Source: an uncultured Parachlamydiaceae bacterium (GTDB lineage Bacteria > Chlamydiota > Chlamydiia > Chlamydiales > Parachlamydiaceae). From it: a DNA stretch of 64,000 nucleotides. The notes beneath the pieces were generated by a model, which saw only the letters and a list, made by a program, of their open reading frames with translations, ran no database searches and was not told the origin of the DNA. The stretch covers positions 64,001 to 128,000 of the forward strand of contig CAVULX010000002.1 of the NCBI GenBank assembly GCA_963742415.1. The letters run 5' to 3'. Position 1 is the stretch's first letter. Every line of letters starts with the position of its first letter. Both the position numbers and the translations under genes were made by a program. Positions 1-10,483 of this stretch are shown one piece after another.

Positions 1-3000
1 TCTCATTATTGAAGCTGCACACGCTTCTTTGTCAAAATATCAATCCAGACTGGCTTTTGAGCCCAGCAAATTTCACAAATCCCAAGTTAATGCAGCCCCC
101 TTTATATCCTCCAAATTGCACGATGTCTCGCGAGGTCTGCTTTTCAAAGATCTCCTATTATGTCGATGATTTTTCTGTGCTTAACTATTCTTGCCCCCTT
201 TTTTCAAGTTTAGAATCAGGATTCAGCCCATGCCTCAAATGGCCTCAACAAAACGAGATGCTGATCCTTGACCCAAAAGCTTGCGAGGATGAACCTCACG
301 TTACACACTGCTCAAATAACCAACAGCATACAAATGTAACTACACTTTTTCAAAATGCTTACCCCGAAATAGAAATTTTGGAAATCGCAGGAAAAACTCC
401 TTCTGAAAGAATCATCCGCCTCATGAATTATCTTCAAAAACACAAAGAATCTTTAAACTTATCCTCCAATAGTTCAAGCAGTTTGCATTTATTGGTCGAA
501 GCCATCCTCTTCGCCCCAGGGGCATTGAAAGAACAAATACAACATTCATCCCAATTTCCTCAAGCTATTGGCAAATGTTTTGCAGAACTTCTGCAACATT
601 TTGAGAAAACCAACCAACTAAAAAATATTATCTGGCTTGCTGATTTGGGGCTTAGGACCAAGCGATATTGCGAATATTATGAAAAAAAAACCTCCGATTT
701 TCCTGATTTTAATTCACTTCTACGCCGATTCCTCAATTCTAAGGATGAATCTTTAGATCCTTTCTTTCACACTCTCTATGCTCGTTCGTTTGGGTTTCCT
801 AAAAAAGGATCGCTATGTCATCCAATAGAGCCGGTTATAGCCTTTTTGAATGCGTGGATCCTCCTTCCACATGAAAGTGCTATTCCTACGAAATTAGGGA
901 TGAATATCTATGCCTTCTTCATCGAAGAATTTTCACGATGGCTTCCAACTATCGAACAAATTTTAAATATTCCACTACATCGAGATTCAATTCTAAATGC
1001 CTTGGCAAAAAAATTGGATTGGACGCTCAAAGATCCAGATTCTAAATACTGGAAAAAAATGCCCTATAACTGGTTGTGTTTTTACAATGCAAACATATGC
1101 TTTGATTTTGAAAAACCTTCTTTTTCTACAAATTATTTTCATGAAGCCGATCCATTTTCTAACGTTTCAACAAAATTTTTGTTAAAAAAAACGAAGCAAA
1201 ATCATCTTGTGAAAAGGCTCGTCGGAAACTCTATTTCAAAGCCTTGGAAAGAAGTAGCCCCCTGCCAATTTCAATCAGAAGATAATCGTTTCCTAATTTA
1301 TTTTTCAAATGTCAGCAAAGGTGAAATCATCATTTTACAAAATTGGAAAAAAGCTTGGTATAAACCTGTTGAATTCACTTATAGTTCCGAATACTTTAAT
1401 CCTTCTCTCTTAAAAAAACTAAAAGTAAAAAGCGTTGAAAACCTCAATTTTTGGTCAAATGGAAGCGGCCCTATTAAAAAACTTCTCATCCAAAATAAAG
1501 ATGATCATGGCACATTTTTAATTCTTCGCTACAACCCTTCTCAACCAGAAAATTTCCTCCGCCCCGGATTAAAGGGATCGTCCTCTCTTTCCTCTTTGAC
1601 TGCACATGCCGTTCCTCAAAATCAATATATCGATGGGTTGAAACCTTTAATTAGATTCAGCCCTGCAAACAAAATTTCAGCCAAAGCCAGTCCAGGTCAA
1701 AATTCCTTATCTGAAATTGTGTTAGAAAACCGGAAGCTTCACTTTGACATCAAAAAAAACTCCGGCAGTCAAGAAATCGCCTCCTCAAGAGAATTTCTAA
1801 ACTTCCACATAGCTCCTTTGCAAAGCCATCCTGTTCTTCAGCATATCTCTTCGTATTTAGTCTTGGAAAGTCCAGGAGGCCGAAAAAAAGTACTTATCGA
1901 TAAAAAACAATGGCTTACAGGGATCGCTTCACGCTTAACCTTTCTAGCAGGCCCCTTTGAGCGTTATTGTTTAGATCTTTTTGCACAACAAGAGGGATTT
2001 ATTTCTGACGAATATTTTACCTTCGAAATCGTAGAAGAGGGTTCCGGCAAAAGTTCGTTAATGAGTTCTGATCCTGCGGCTCTAGGTTTTTTGTTGATTC
2101 TCTATATCTGCCAAGGGGAAAAAAATGAAGCCAACCTGATTTGTCAAAAGCTCGAATGGCTTTATAATAGCCAAAAAGTCCCCATTACAGCCTGGGATTC
2201 GATATCCTTGCTGGCTTTTATCCCTATTGAATTCGAAGGGATCGGCCCTATCCGCAGACGTCTTTTTTCAGCCTTTGAATTAAACCGTCTCCGGTTTATG
2301 GATAATCCAAAGCCTCCAAAAAAAGAACCGGAAATAAAGAAGAAGGAAAACGAACTCAAATTAAAAGATCGAATAGATTCAAATATAAAAAGCAAAGATA
2401 ATTTGGATTGCCCCCCGAAAAAATCAGCTTATGACCATTTATTTTCTCTTTTTGACTTTTTCCAGGAAGATGCAAATTCAAATAAAAGCAAAACTCCGTC
2501 TGATCCAGGCAATGATCTGAAAAAAGGGTCCGAGCCCAATCAAAGTTCTCCCCTCCTTGCAAAACTGCCCGAAAACTGCCCCTCTTTTTTGCGCAATATT
2601 GCTGTTGCCGGATCCATTTTAATCGACCTGCGCCAACATCTCTCAAACCCTCAATATCCATTCTCGACAACCCAAGAGCTTTTTTTATTTAAATGCGCAT
2701 TCCACCAGCTTGAAATCATTTTGAGGGACCAAACGGGCTCAAGTGATGATGTACTCGAATTTTTCGATGCTGTGGGTTGGGATACCGTTATTGAAGCCAC
2801 GTGTTTTTCTCCAGGACTCAGCAAAAGGTACAGAACCTTAAAGAAAAAAGCAGGTATAAATGATTCTTTAATAAGCACCCTTTTTAATGGATTAATTTGC
2901 CTTTTGACTACTTCTTCAGGCATTAATCAACTCCTTCCGGGCAATACGAAATATGGCCATCTGCCCTGGAACCAAAAAGGGGGCTTTTTAGGAACCCTTT

Positions 3001-6000
3001 CTCAAGTTTTTAGCCGTTTTCGGGATAAAAAATATATCAATGTCCAAGCATTAAATCTTTCTGAGCTCCACAATTGCATGAAGCCGTATTTAGAGGGATA
3101 TCCCCCCATTGAGCCGGAGCGTTTGAAACCTGAAGAATTTAAAGAATACTTTGCCACGTATTATTCATTAGCTAGGGAAGATTTTCCCTATCTCGATCAA
3201 GACTTTATGAGACCCCACCACCCTACCAAACAGCAATTAATCAGGCTGCTTAAATTTCATAAAGGGGGGTGGGATAAACAAACAGAAGTGTTGGTATTTA
3301 TTCTCCAAGCCGTGCTGGCTTATCCCTCCTCTTTTCCACCTACAGCTGAATTATTATCCGCTCATAAAACAGCGTCAAACTCAGCATCAGATCAAAAAAA
3401 GAATGCATGGCATGAATTATTTGTTTCGCTAAATGACAAAGCTTTTTTAAGTTATTTGGCCATGGAATACATTGAGCCGCTGTACCGGTGCCTCCTATCA
3501 TCTTCCCTTCTTCTGTCAGCCCATGTACATTTTTCCGAAGCTATTCCTGAGGAACTTCTTTCAATCCCCTATTTGGCCCCTTTGATAAAAATTGCAACTA
3601 CTACAACAAAAGATATTTCGAGTGTCTTATTTGCCGATAAAACGGCAAAACTCCTCTATCCCATTACACCAAATATTGGGATGGAAATCATTGCTTTGAT
3701 AGAAAAAAGGGATATTTCCTATATCATATCCTTTATTTTGAAAATTTTTCTAACATGGTTAGTTTTAGTAATTCTAGAGAAAACTACCCTTAAAACAATA
3801 AGTAGGGCTGCAAAAATAACTTCCATTGCGAATTCAGCTCTTATTCCCATCACTGGCGCCGCATCTCAAAGCCATCTCTTTACATTAGCAGGAGCCGGAA
3901 CAGCTAAATACTTCGCATGTAAAAAGCTCCAAATGCCATTAGAGTGGCACCAGCTCCTTCCTTGTCCAGCCTTAACTGTTCCCCTTTTGCACCTAGCAGG
4001 CAAATCATATCATCTCTTATCGAAATCAAAACAGGCGAATATCATCAAAACCCAAGAGAAAAAGCAACACAATTCTGCCGACTTCTCGGCATTAAATTGC
4101 GATGAAAATCTCTTTAATACCTTCTTCAAAAAACTTTTTTCTCTTGCATTCGTAGAAAATACCTCTCAAAGCATTCCAACAGAAAAAATTGTACAGAAAA
4201 TTCAGTTAAAAAATGGAGTCAATGCGATTGTGAAAGATCGGATCCAACGGGTCAATGACAGCATCGAAGCCTTTTACAAGAAGACAACGGGTATCCTCTC
4301 TTCCTACGAACTTACCAAACCTGGAGCCCTAGCCGATATCTACATCCACCTGCAAACATTTTATTTCTCCTTGTCCAGCCATCTCAAAGAGGAAAAAGCC
4401 CTTTTGCTCTCAACATTGAATCTGTCAAAACGGGGAAAGACTCAAAATGAAATAACATTGCCCCAAGTTCAAAATTATATCGAAAAAAGTACTTTTGGCT
4501 CTTTGGGTAAAGAAATCTGCTTGTCGGATGCTGAGCTACCCAAAATCGAACTGGCCATTGGAAGGCTCCATTTAAAAACTTCCCGCTTGCAACAAATCGA
4601 GCGTCTCCTCGAGTTTTTTAATCTACTTTTTAAACTATCGCCCGAATCCAATTGGGAAAAATACTATGAAACCGTCGAAGCAATTGCTATCGAACTCAGC
4701 AACAAAACCGGCTTCAGCCTAGACAAAAACCCTTCCAAGCTCACAAGATATAATTTGCAATTTGAAGCTGGCTCAGGCAATTTACTATGGGAACATCAAA
4801 CCAATAACAGAAAAAAAGTTCTCTACGACTATCCTGGCAATGTCGTCACGGAAGAACCTCCAGGCAGCGGAAAAACCCATTATGCTCTTCCTCTTACGAT
4901 CGCTCATGAACTCAACGGCCATCAGCTTGTCCTCTCCATCGCCCCCCGCCAATTAGCCGGCGATAATCAGCCTAAGATCAATTCCCAGCTGAATACTATT
5001 TTCAATAAGAGATCTTATGCCCAATCCTTCCATAGAGATATATGGCTAAATAAAAAAAATCTTGAATCTCTTGTGATCCTATTTACACAATCCAGGGAGG
5101 TGGGAGAAGCCATCCAAATCACTAAAGAAGATATTCAAACTTTACGCGCCCTTTTGGATGACAGATTATACAACTACTTTTACAAAATCGAATGCAAGAA
5201 TTCATCTGAAAAAGAATGTTTGATCCTTCTCCACAAAATTCTAAATGAATTCTATTCCCATGGGCTAGCCATCATCGACGAATCCCACGAAGCCTATCGC
5301 CATCGGCATCAATTAAGTTTCACTGTCGGCCTCCCCCAAAGGATCAACAAAGACTTTTATGTCGTGATGGAGGCCACCGCCCGCATTTTAATGCGTGATC
5401 GTGATCTAAAAAAAGCGATCAAAGAAAATAAGCTCTATAAAGTCGATCGATCTTCCTATAATACTACCATCAAGCCACGCCTGGCCAAAGCCATGAGCCA
5501 ATATTGGCGGTTTAACATTACCGATCCCGCCCGACAAAAAGAATTTATCGCTTTTGTATGCGACCAAGCTGAGGAAATCCCCTCATGGATCGCAAATTCC
5601 CCTTTGTTATATCAACAAATTTCTTTAGTCAAAGGGATCCTAGGGATCTTATTTCCCATGAATTTTAAAAATATGGCCAATGTCGACTTCATGGCTTCAA
5701 AAAAGGGGAATGGTGAATTCGCACGCCCAAGCGATGGAAACAGCCATGTAATCGAACAGGATTCCCTTCAAAATCCTTACGAAACTATGGTGAAGACCAT
5801 GTTGATGTTGTTTACAAAAGGTCTTTCCAAAGAGCAGTTCCGGCAACTCCTAACAATATTGCATGAAAGAGCCTCTAAAGAAATCAAGGACAACAAACTC
5901 CTTTTTAAAGATTCCAAAGTATTCAAAAAATATGGAAAAAGCCTTCCCCAGCAATTTATGCAAAAAAATTGGAGCGATCATGACTTTAAAGTCTCTTATA

Positions 6001-8168
6001 GAAAATTGCGGCGGGATCCTGATGCTTCCCTTTTATATATCCGTTATCATATCTGGAAGCAGATCCTCTATTGGAAAAAATCGATCCAAATTACGGCGCA
6101 AGATTTTTCCATGTTATTCCATAGGCAAATTTCTTCCACAGGAACCCCCTTTAACGATGGAACATATCCGGCTTGGATAAAAATGCTGCGGGATCCTACG
6201 ACCATCGGAGAGCTCTTGCACATCATCTACCAAAAATGTCCCGAGAATGGTATTCATGTCCTCAAATCCAATGTTCCTAAAAAAATCCTGGCAGAAATCT
6301 TATCCAATTACTTTGCCGCCGGCACCCAGTTTTCAGCGATCATCGATGGTGGGGCTCAATTCACCGGTCTAAGCAACGAAAAAGTGGCGCGCATCATCAT
6401 GAAGCACTGTGATAAAAACAGGGAGGATATCAAAGCAGTGAAATTTTATAAGGAAGATGAAACCGGAAAGGAAAAGGTCTTTTGCTTTGTCAAAGGAAAC
6501 CCTCTTCCAGTTCCCGAGGCTTCTGCTCCTTTTGATCCAAAAATCTGCATCACATATTACGATCAATGCCACGGCTTCGGGGCAGATATTAAGCAGCTAG
6601 GCGATGGCTTGGTAACAATAGGCCCCAATCACCCTTTATACCGATGGCTTCAAGAACTCTTTCGGATCCGAGGCCTAAAAAAGCAGCAGCGTTTGAAGAA
6701 AGTTAAAGAAATTGATTTAAATTTCCCAACTCAACGCATTCACCTTTGTATGACCCCCGACATACAGAGGTTAATCATGGGGATGGCATTCGACGCTGTC
6801 AACGTCCCCACACCCACTCTCCCTGAAATTGTCGAATATGCTGTTCATAATGAAGCTGCCATCGCCGAAGAGGAACACTTCCCCTCAGCATGCAGAAAAG
6901 TCCTTATGGCCGTCAAGAAAGCAATCTACGAAAAAATTATTCTAACACCTTCAGAGAAATTTAAGGTCTGGAGCGGGATTTGGAAACAATTCGAAGGTTT
7001 ATTCGTCAATGAGATCGAAGATGATCCCGCCAAGCTTTTTGGTTTAGTAAAGGACAACCCAGACTCAAAAAAAGCCTTGTTAGAAGCTGCGAATGAAGCT
7101 TACGAGATAGTTTCCTCAAGCTCATTATTTACAAAAGAGGAAAAAGAAAAATTAAAAGATGAAATATCGAATTTACCTTTGCCCGTGTTAAATGATACTG
7201 TCACTATTTGGAGAAAAGGAAAAAATGGCGCTATTAAATTGTCCGCCTTGGATAGTCTTGAAACCTCTCAAACGGTTCAAACAAGCAATGAAGCCAACGA
7301 AGCCGCCAATGAAACAAATGAAACTGAAAATCAAAACGAACATCAACTCCAAAACCAGCAGCTTCTGCCCCAAGATAAATTCAACATGTCCCTATTCCAA
7401 GAGCGTGATTGGCCTGAAATAAAAGACCCCTCATCCATCGATTGGCTTAAAATCAGTTCCCCAAAATGCAAATCCCGATTCTTCCTTTCGGAATCATCCC
7501 TTATGGGGTTGCGCAAAAAGACAACATGCCGATTTTATTTGGCTCAAGATTTAATCGCCGACGCCAAAGCGGAAGTGATTAGCAAAGCCGCCGAATATTT
7601 TGACGATAGGCTGTGGATTCCTAATAATTTCGTGGCTCGAAAAGTTGCTTGGGGAGGTTTTTCACGTGAATATCCCTTCGACATAGGAAGCAAAGGTCAA
7701 TTCCGACTCAATACCGTTCTGATCCATTTCGTCGAGAAGGATCAAGGTCTTCACGAAGTTTTATCTATGGGGCCTTTATCTACACGAGACACTGGGCTGT
7801 GGCGAAAAAAGCTTTCGCGCAACCCCTCCTACAATTGGGCTGATAAAAAAGTCAAAACAGTCCTTTGGGATGTGCATTCTCAATCTATCCTCGCAGGATG
7901 CCCAATCGATCAAAATGGCCTACGACGTAATGAAGACCTGTTATTACTCGTTGGCCAATTGAAATTGTTAGATGGAGACCCCGAAATATCAAAAGAAAAA
8001 AAAGCAATGTCCCATTGGCTTGCCCAAGAAAACATCAATGCTGAAATTGTGAGAAGCGCTTTTGAAGCCATCCATTGGCAAAGGGGGCGCTTACCTTATC
8101 CCAGTTCCCCGGCAGACAAACTCTTCAGCAAAATGACTCCTAATCATCCTTTCGAAGAAGAGATCTAA
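1..8168 (+). CDS. Giant (>2719 aa, probably 5'-partial) protein with a C-terminal SF2-helicase-like P-loop region (DUF3638-like)
   Basis: Frame is open to the window edge. Motifs in order: PPGSGKT (Walker A), IIDESHE (DExx), SSTGTP, IIDGGAQF, YYDQCHGFGADIK, QELFRIRGL, then an E/N/Q-rich linker. Confidence 0.6.
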   Translation, partial: SLLKLHTLLCQNINPDWLLSPANFTNPKLMQPPLYPPNCTMSREVCFSKISYYVDDFSVLNYSCPLFSSLESGFSPCLKWPQQNEMLILDPKACEDEPHVTHCSNNQQHTNVTTLFQNAYPEIEILEIAGKTPSERIIRLMNYLQKHKESLNLSSNSSSSLHLLVEAILFAPGALKEQIQHSSQFPQAIGKCFAELLQHFEKTNQLKNIIWLADLGLRTKRYCEYYEKKTSDFPDFNSLLRRFLNSKDESLDPFFHTLYARSFGFPKKGSLCHPIEPVIAFLNAWILLPHESAIPTKLGMNIYAFFIEEFSRWLPTIEQILNIPLHRDSILNALAKKLDWTLKDPDSKYWKKMPYNWLCFYNANICFDFEKPSFSTNYFHEADPFSNVSTKFLLKKTKQNHLVKRLVGNSISKPWKEVAPCQFQSEDNRFLIYFSNVSKGEIIILQNWKKAWYKPVEFTYSSEYFNPSLLKKLKVKSVENLNFWSNGSGPIKKLLIQNKDDHGTFLILRYNPSQPENFLRPGLKGSSSLSSLTAHAVPQNQYIDGLKPLIRFSPANKISAKASPGQNSLSEIVLENRKLHFDIKKNSGSQEIASSREFLNFHIAPLQSHPVLQHISSYLVLESPGGRKKVLIDKKQWLTGIASRLTFLAGPFERYCLDLFAQQEGFISDEYFTFEIVEEGSGKSSLMSSDPAALGFLLILYICQGEKNEANLICQKLEWLYNSQKVPITAWDSISLLAFIPIEFEGIGPIRRRLFSAFELNRLRFMDNPKPPKKEPEIKKKENELKLKDRIDSNIKSKDNLDCPPKKSAYDHLFSLFDFFQEDANSNKSKTPSDPGNDLKKGSEPNQSSPLLAKLPENCPSFLRNIAVAGSILIDLRQHLSNPQYPFSTTQELFLFKCAFHQLEIILRDQTGSSDDVLEFFDAVGWDTVIEATCFSPGLSKRYRTLKKKAGINDSLISTLFNGLICLLTTSSGINQLLPGNTKYGHLPWNQKGGFLGTLSQVFSRFRDKKYINVQALNLSELHNCMKPYLEGYPPIEPERLKPEEFKEYFATYYSLAREDFPYLDQDFMRPHHPTKQQLIRLLKFHKGGWDKQTEVLVFILQAVLAYPSSFPPTAELLSAHKTASNSASDQKKNAWHELFVSLNDKAFLSYLAMEYIEPLYRCLLSSSLLLSAHVHFSEAIPEELLSIPYLAPLIKIATTTTKDISSVLFADKTAKLLYPITPNIGMEIIALIEKRDISYIISFILKIFLTWLVLVILEKTTLKTISRAAKITSIANSALIPITGAASQSHLFTLAGAGTAKYFACKKLQMPLEWHQLLPCPALTVPLLHLAGKSYHLLSKSKQANIIKTQEKKQHNSADFSALNCDENLFNTFFKKLFSLAFVENTSQSIPTEKIVQKIQLKNGVNAIVKDRIQRVNDSIEAFYKKTTGILSSYELTKPGALADIYIHLQTFYFSLSSHLKEEKALLLSTLNLSKRGKTQNEITLPQVQNYIEKSTFGSLGKEICLSDAELPKIELAIGRLHLKTSRLQQIERLLEFFNLLFKLSPESNWEKYYETVEAIAIELSNKTGFSLDKNPSKLTRYNLQFEAGSGNLLWEHQTNNRKKVLYDYPGNVVTEEPPGSGKTHYALPLTIAHELNGHQLVLSIAPRQLAGDNQPKINSQLNTIFNKRSYAQSFHRDIWLNKKNLESLVILFTQSREVGEAIQITKEDIQTLRALLDDRLYNYFYKIECKNSSEKECLILLHKILNEFYSHGLAIIDESHEAYRHRHQLSFTVGLPQRINKDFYVVMEATARILMRDRDLKKAIKENKLYKVDRSSYNTTIKPRLAKAMSQYWRFNITDPARQKEFIAFVCDQAEEIPSWIANSPLLYQQISLVKGILGILFPMNFKNMANVDFMASKKGNGEFARPSDGNSHVIEQDSLQNPYETMVKTMLMLFTKGLSKEQFRQLLTILHERASKEIKDNKLLFKDSKVFKKYGKSLPQQFMQKNWSDHDFKVSYRKLRRDPDASLLYIRYHIWKQILYWKKSIQITAQDFSMLFHRQISSTGTPFNDGTYPAWIKMLRDPTTIGELLHIIYQKCPENGIHVLKSNVPKKILAEILSNYFAAGTQFSAIIDGGAQFTGLSNEKVARIIMKHCDKNREDIKAVKFYKEDETGKEKVFCFVKGNPLPVPEASAPFDPKICITYYDQCHGFGADIKQLGDGLVTIGPNHPLYRWLQELFRIRGLKKQQRLKKVKEIDLNFPTQRIHLCMTPDIQRLIMGMAFDAVNVPTPTLPEIVEYAVHNEAAIAEEEHFPSACRKVLMAVKKAIYEKIILTPSEKFKVWSGIWKQFEGLFVNEIEDDPAKLFGLVKDNPDSKKALLEAANEAYEIVSSSSLFTKEEKEKLKDEISNLPLPVLNDTVTIWRKGKNGAIKLSALDSLETSQTVQTSNEANEAANETNETENQNEHQLQNQQLLPQDKFNMSLFQERDWPEIKDPSSIDWLKISSPKCKSRFFLSESSLMGLRKKTTCRFYLAQDLIADAKAEVISKAAEYFDDRLWIPNNFVARKVAWGGFSREYPFDIGSKGQFRLNTVLIHFVEKDQGLHEVLSMGPLSTRDTGLWRKKLSRNPSYNWADKKVKTVLWDVHSQSILAGCPIDQNGLRRNEDLLLLVGQLKLLDGDPEISKEKKAMSHWLAQENINAEIVRSAFEAIHWQRGRLPYPSSPADKLFSKMTPNHPFEEEI

Positions 8169-8766
8169 AACCTAACCGGTAGTAGACAATAAGGACACAA
8201 AATACACCTAAAACTAATAGCGTTGACGGCTCAGGGGTTGATATAGTCGCAGATAAATTATTCAGCAATATGTCACTACCCCCCTGGGCTTGTATTGAGA
8301 GATATTGATATGAATTTGAAATTGACTGAGACGAATTACCGGTATTAATATCAGTCACTCCATTAAATAAGAGCTGACCCAGCGCGCCTTTTGAATTCGA
8401 TCCATAAACATTCCAAGACTCCCCCCCGCCTACTCCCCCTAGAGAGAGATCCACTTCATTAGGATTCAACATCCAGACCTTAGAAACGTCCAGCTGAATA
8501 AAGCCCTTCTGGTCCTTGCCGCTCAAACCCAGGCCATTGGTCGATCTATTAGAGTCGCTATACCCATACAAAAGGTGAGCATTCCCATTTGCATCAAAGC
8601 CGTATACGCTAACTTCTGCTCCATTATCTGTGTAGATTTGAAAACTTCCTAAAGCCCCTGTATAGGTATTAAAATTGTAAAAATAGACAGAGCTTGACCA
8701 AAGATTTGTGACTAGACAACACCCTAAAATTAAACCAAATAGGAAAGAAAAGACTTTTTCTCTCAT
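8140..8766 (-). CDS. PEP-CTERM sorting-domain protein with N-terminal signal peptide
   Basis: N-terminus MREKVFSFLFGLILGCCLVTNLWS is signal-like. C-terminus TPEPSTLLVLGVFCVLIVYYRLGFRSLLRK is PEP motif + TM helix + basic tail. GGAGG-like RBS upstream. Confidence 0.8.
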   Translation of the reverse strand: MREKVFSFLFGLILGCCLVTNLWSSSVYFYNFNTYTGALGSFQIYTDNGAEVSVYGFDANGNAHLLYGYSDSNRSTNGLGLSGKDQKGFIQLDVSKVWMLNPNEVDLSLGGVGGGESWNVYGSNSKGALGQLLFNGVTDINTGNSSQSISNSYQYLSIQAQGGSDILLNNLSATISTPEPSTLLVLGVFCVLIVYYRLGFRSLLRKDD

Positions 8767-8854
8767 CTTCGCCCCTCCCCCTTATCTCAAGAGGAGTTTT
8801 CTGACCCTCTAACCAGAAGCTATCGCTTTACAAGAATATACACAAGGCATTTTT

Positions 8855-10426
8855 TTATGATTCATGCTCTAGAACTAAATTTAAATAAGGTTTCATCTTT
8901 TTTATTTCTTTTATTGTGCTTTTTGAAGCTTTCCATTGTATAATAATTAATTCATGTAAGTTATTTATAAGAGATATTGATTTTTCTATTGCCTTGTCAC
9001 TTAATCTTTCACAACGGGTTAAATTTAAAGTGTTTATCATTTTGCATCGGGAGGATATTTCGATGAGGGGCAAATCGGAAATATAAGTCCGCGCTAAATT
9101 AAGATAAGTCAACTGCGAATTAAAATTCGGAATGTCGATAAACCCTGCATCTGAAATCCCTCGGCATTCTTCAAGGCTTAATGAAACGAGCTCCGGAGCA
9201 GCTTCTAAAATAATTTTCAACTCTTCATCACCCACCTGTGAACAACGGGTTAAATCCAGACTGTGTAAAGCAGGCAGTTTTTTTAGCGCCCCCCACCCCT
9301 CAAAATCGACTTTAATGTTGCTTGTTAAAGTTAATTTTGACAATGCAGGGCAAAACCCTACGAGATTTTGAAAATTATCGTTTGTCATCCAACTACAAGC
9401 TCCCACATCCAACTCTTGCAAATCCTCAGGGATTTCCTTTAAATACTGGGAAAAATTGTTGGAGCGACTAATATCAAGGCAGATCAATTTAGGACATTGA
9501 TTCACAACCTTTGTGAAATCGATCTCCTCAGTCAAGCTCCCTCCACAGACAAGATGGGTAACAACCTCTTTGACCTGGTTAAAAATGCCCATTGAATTTT
9601 CTGTGAACTCAAAAAACTCAAAAGCCAATGTTTCAGGCCCCCGATTTTCCACTCGACAGCCAAGCTTGAAATCATTGATAAAGTTGCAGCAAAATGTCTT
9701 TAACTCTTCCCGATTATTTTTGATGGCTTTTAGTAGAGTCTCTACCACGTTTTCCTGCGTTAAATACTTCTTCAACTGAATTTGACACTCTCTAGATAAT
9801 TCTTTTAGATCCCATTTTGCTGCTATATTTAAAATTCTTATCAGCTCCTGTTTGTCCTTTAATGCCAAATCAAACGTGGAGCCTTTCAAGATATATTCTT
9901 CCACTGCATTAAAAACAGACCAGGAAATCTCTTGTAAAAAGAGCTCGCGGATGTTTCTATCCCTACATTCGCGACGACACATTTCACGCAGAAATTCACT
10001 GCTGGAGGCAAACATGAGGCCGCTGATCGATAATTGCGAATCCTTGAGCTTAACCTTTAAATTGAGCGGAAGGAAAGGCATTACCGTTTCATAATGGTTT
10101 CTCACCGCTTTCGCGATCCGTTGAGCAAAAGACATTAAAAGATGGTCTTGATAAAACTGCTCGGTCACCCAGCTTAAGGCCGCCTGCATAAATTGAGGAT
10201 GCATTTCTGCCCACGTTTCATCTTCGCAAGCTCTTTCAAGAAATTTAATCAAATGGGGAGGATGGGCAACTAAAAGTTTAAAAAGAATTTGATCTTCCGA
10301 AGCTTCTGAACAATATTGTAGAGATTTATGTAATAAGGCCGGCAATTCCATAGCTGCCCTAATTAATTTTTTTACCAGCTGCCAGTGCCTGTTTTTGGAG
10401 TGCGACGGCTTGCCACTGCACTCCAA
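8855..10426 (-). CDS. BTB/POZ-domain + leucine-rich-repeat protein (eukaryote-like effector candidate)
   Basis: BTB-like segment (LMFASSSEFLREMC...VEEYILKG...AAKWDLKELSRECQ) followed by cysteine-containing LRRs (LDLTRCSQVGD, LSLEECRGISD, LNLTRCERLSD). Confidence 0.75.
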   Translation of the reverse strand: MECSGKPSHSKNRHWQLVKKLIRAAMELPALLHKSLQYCSEASEDQILFKLLVAHPPHLIKFLERACEDETWAEMHPQFMQAALSWVTEQFYQDHLLMSFAQRIAKAVRNHYETVMPFLPLNLKVKLKDSQLSISGLMFASSSEFLREMCRRECRDRNIRELFLQEISWSVFNAVEEYILKGSTFDLALKDKQELIRILNIAAKWDLKELSRECQIQLKKYLTQENVVETLLKAIKNNREELKTFCCNFINDFKLGCRVENRGPETLAFEFFEFTENSMGIFNQVKEVVTHLVCGGSLTEEIDFTKVVNQCPKLICLDISRSNNFSQYLKEIPEDLQELDVGACSWMTNDNFQNLVGFCPALSKLTLTSNIKVDFEGWGALKKLPALHSLDLTRCSQVGDEELKIILEAAPELVSLSLEECRGISDAGFIDIPNFNSQLTYLNLARTYISDLPLIEISSRCKMINTLNLTRCERLSDKAIEKSISLINNLHELIIIQWKASKSTIKEIKKMKPYLNLVLEHES

Positions 10427-10483
10427 AAAGAGGCCTCCATCAAGACCCCAACTCCAAAGTTATCTCTGCAATTGCTCAAATAT

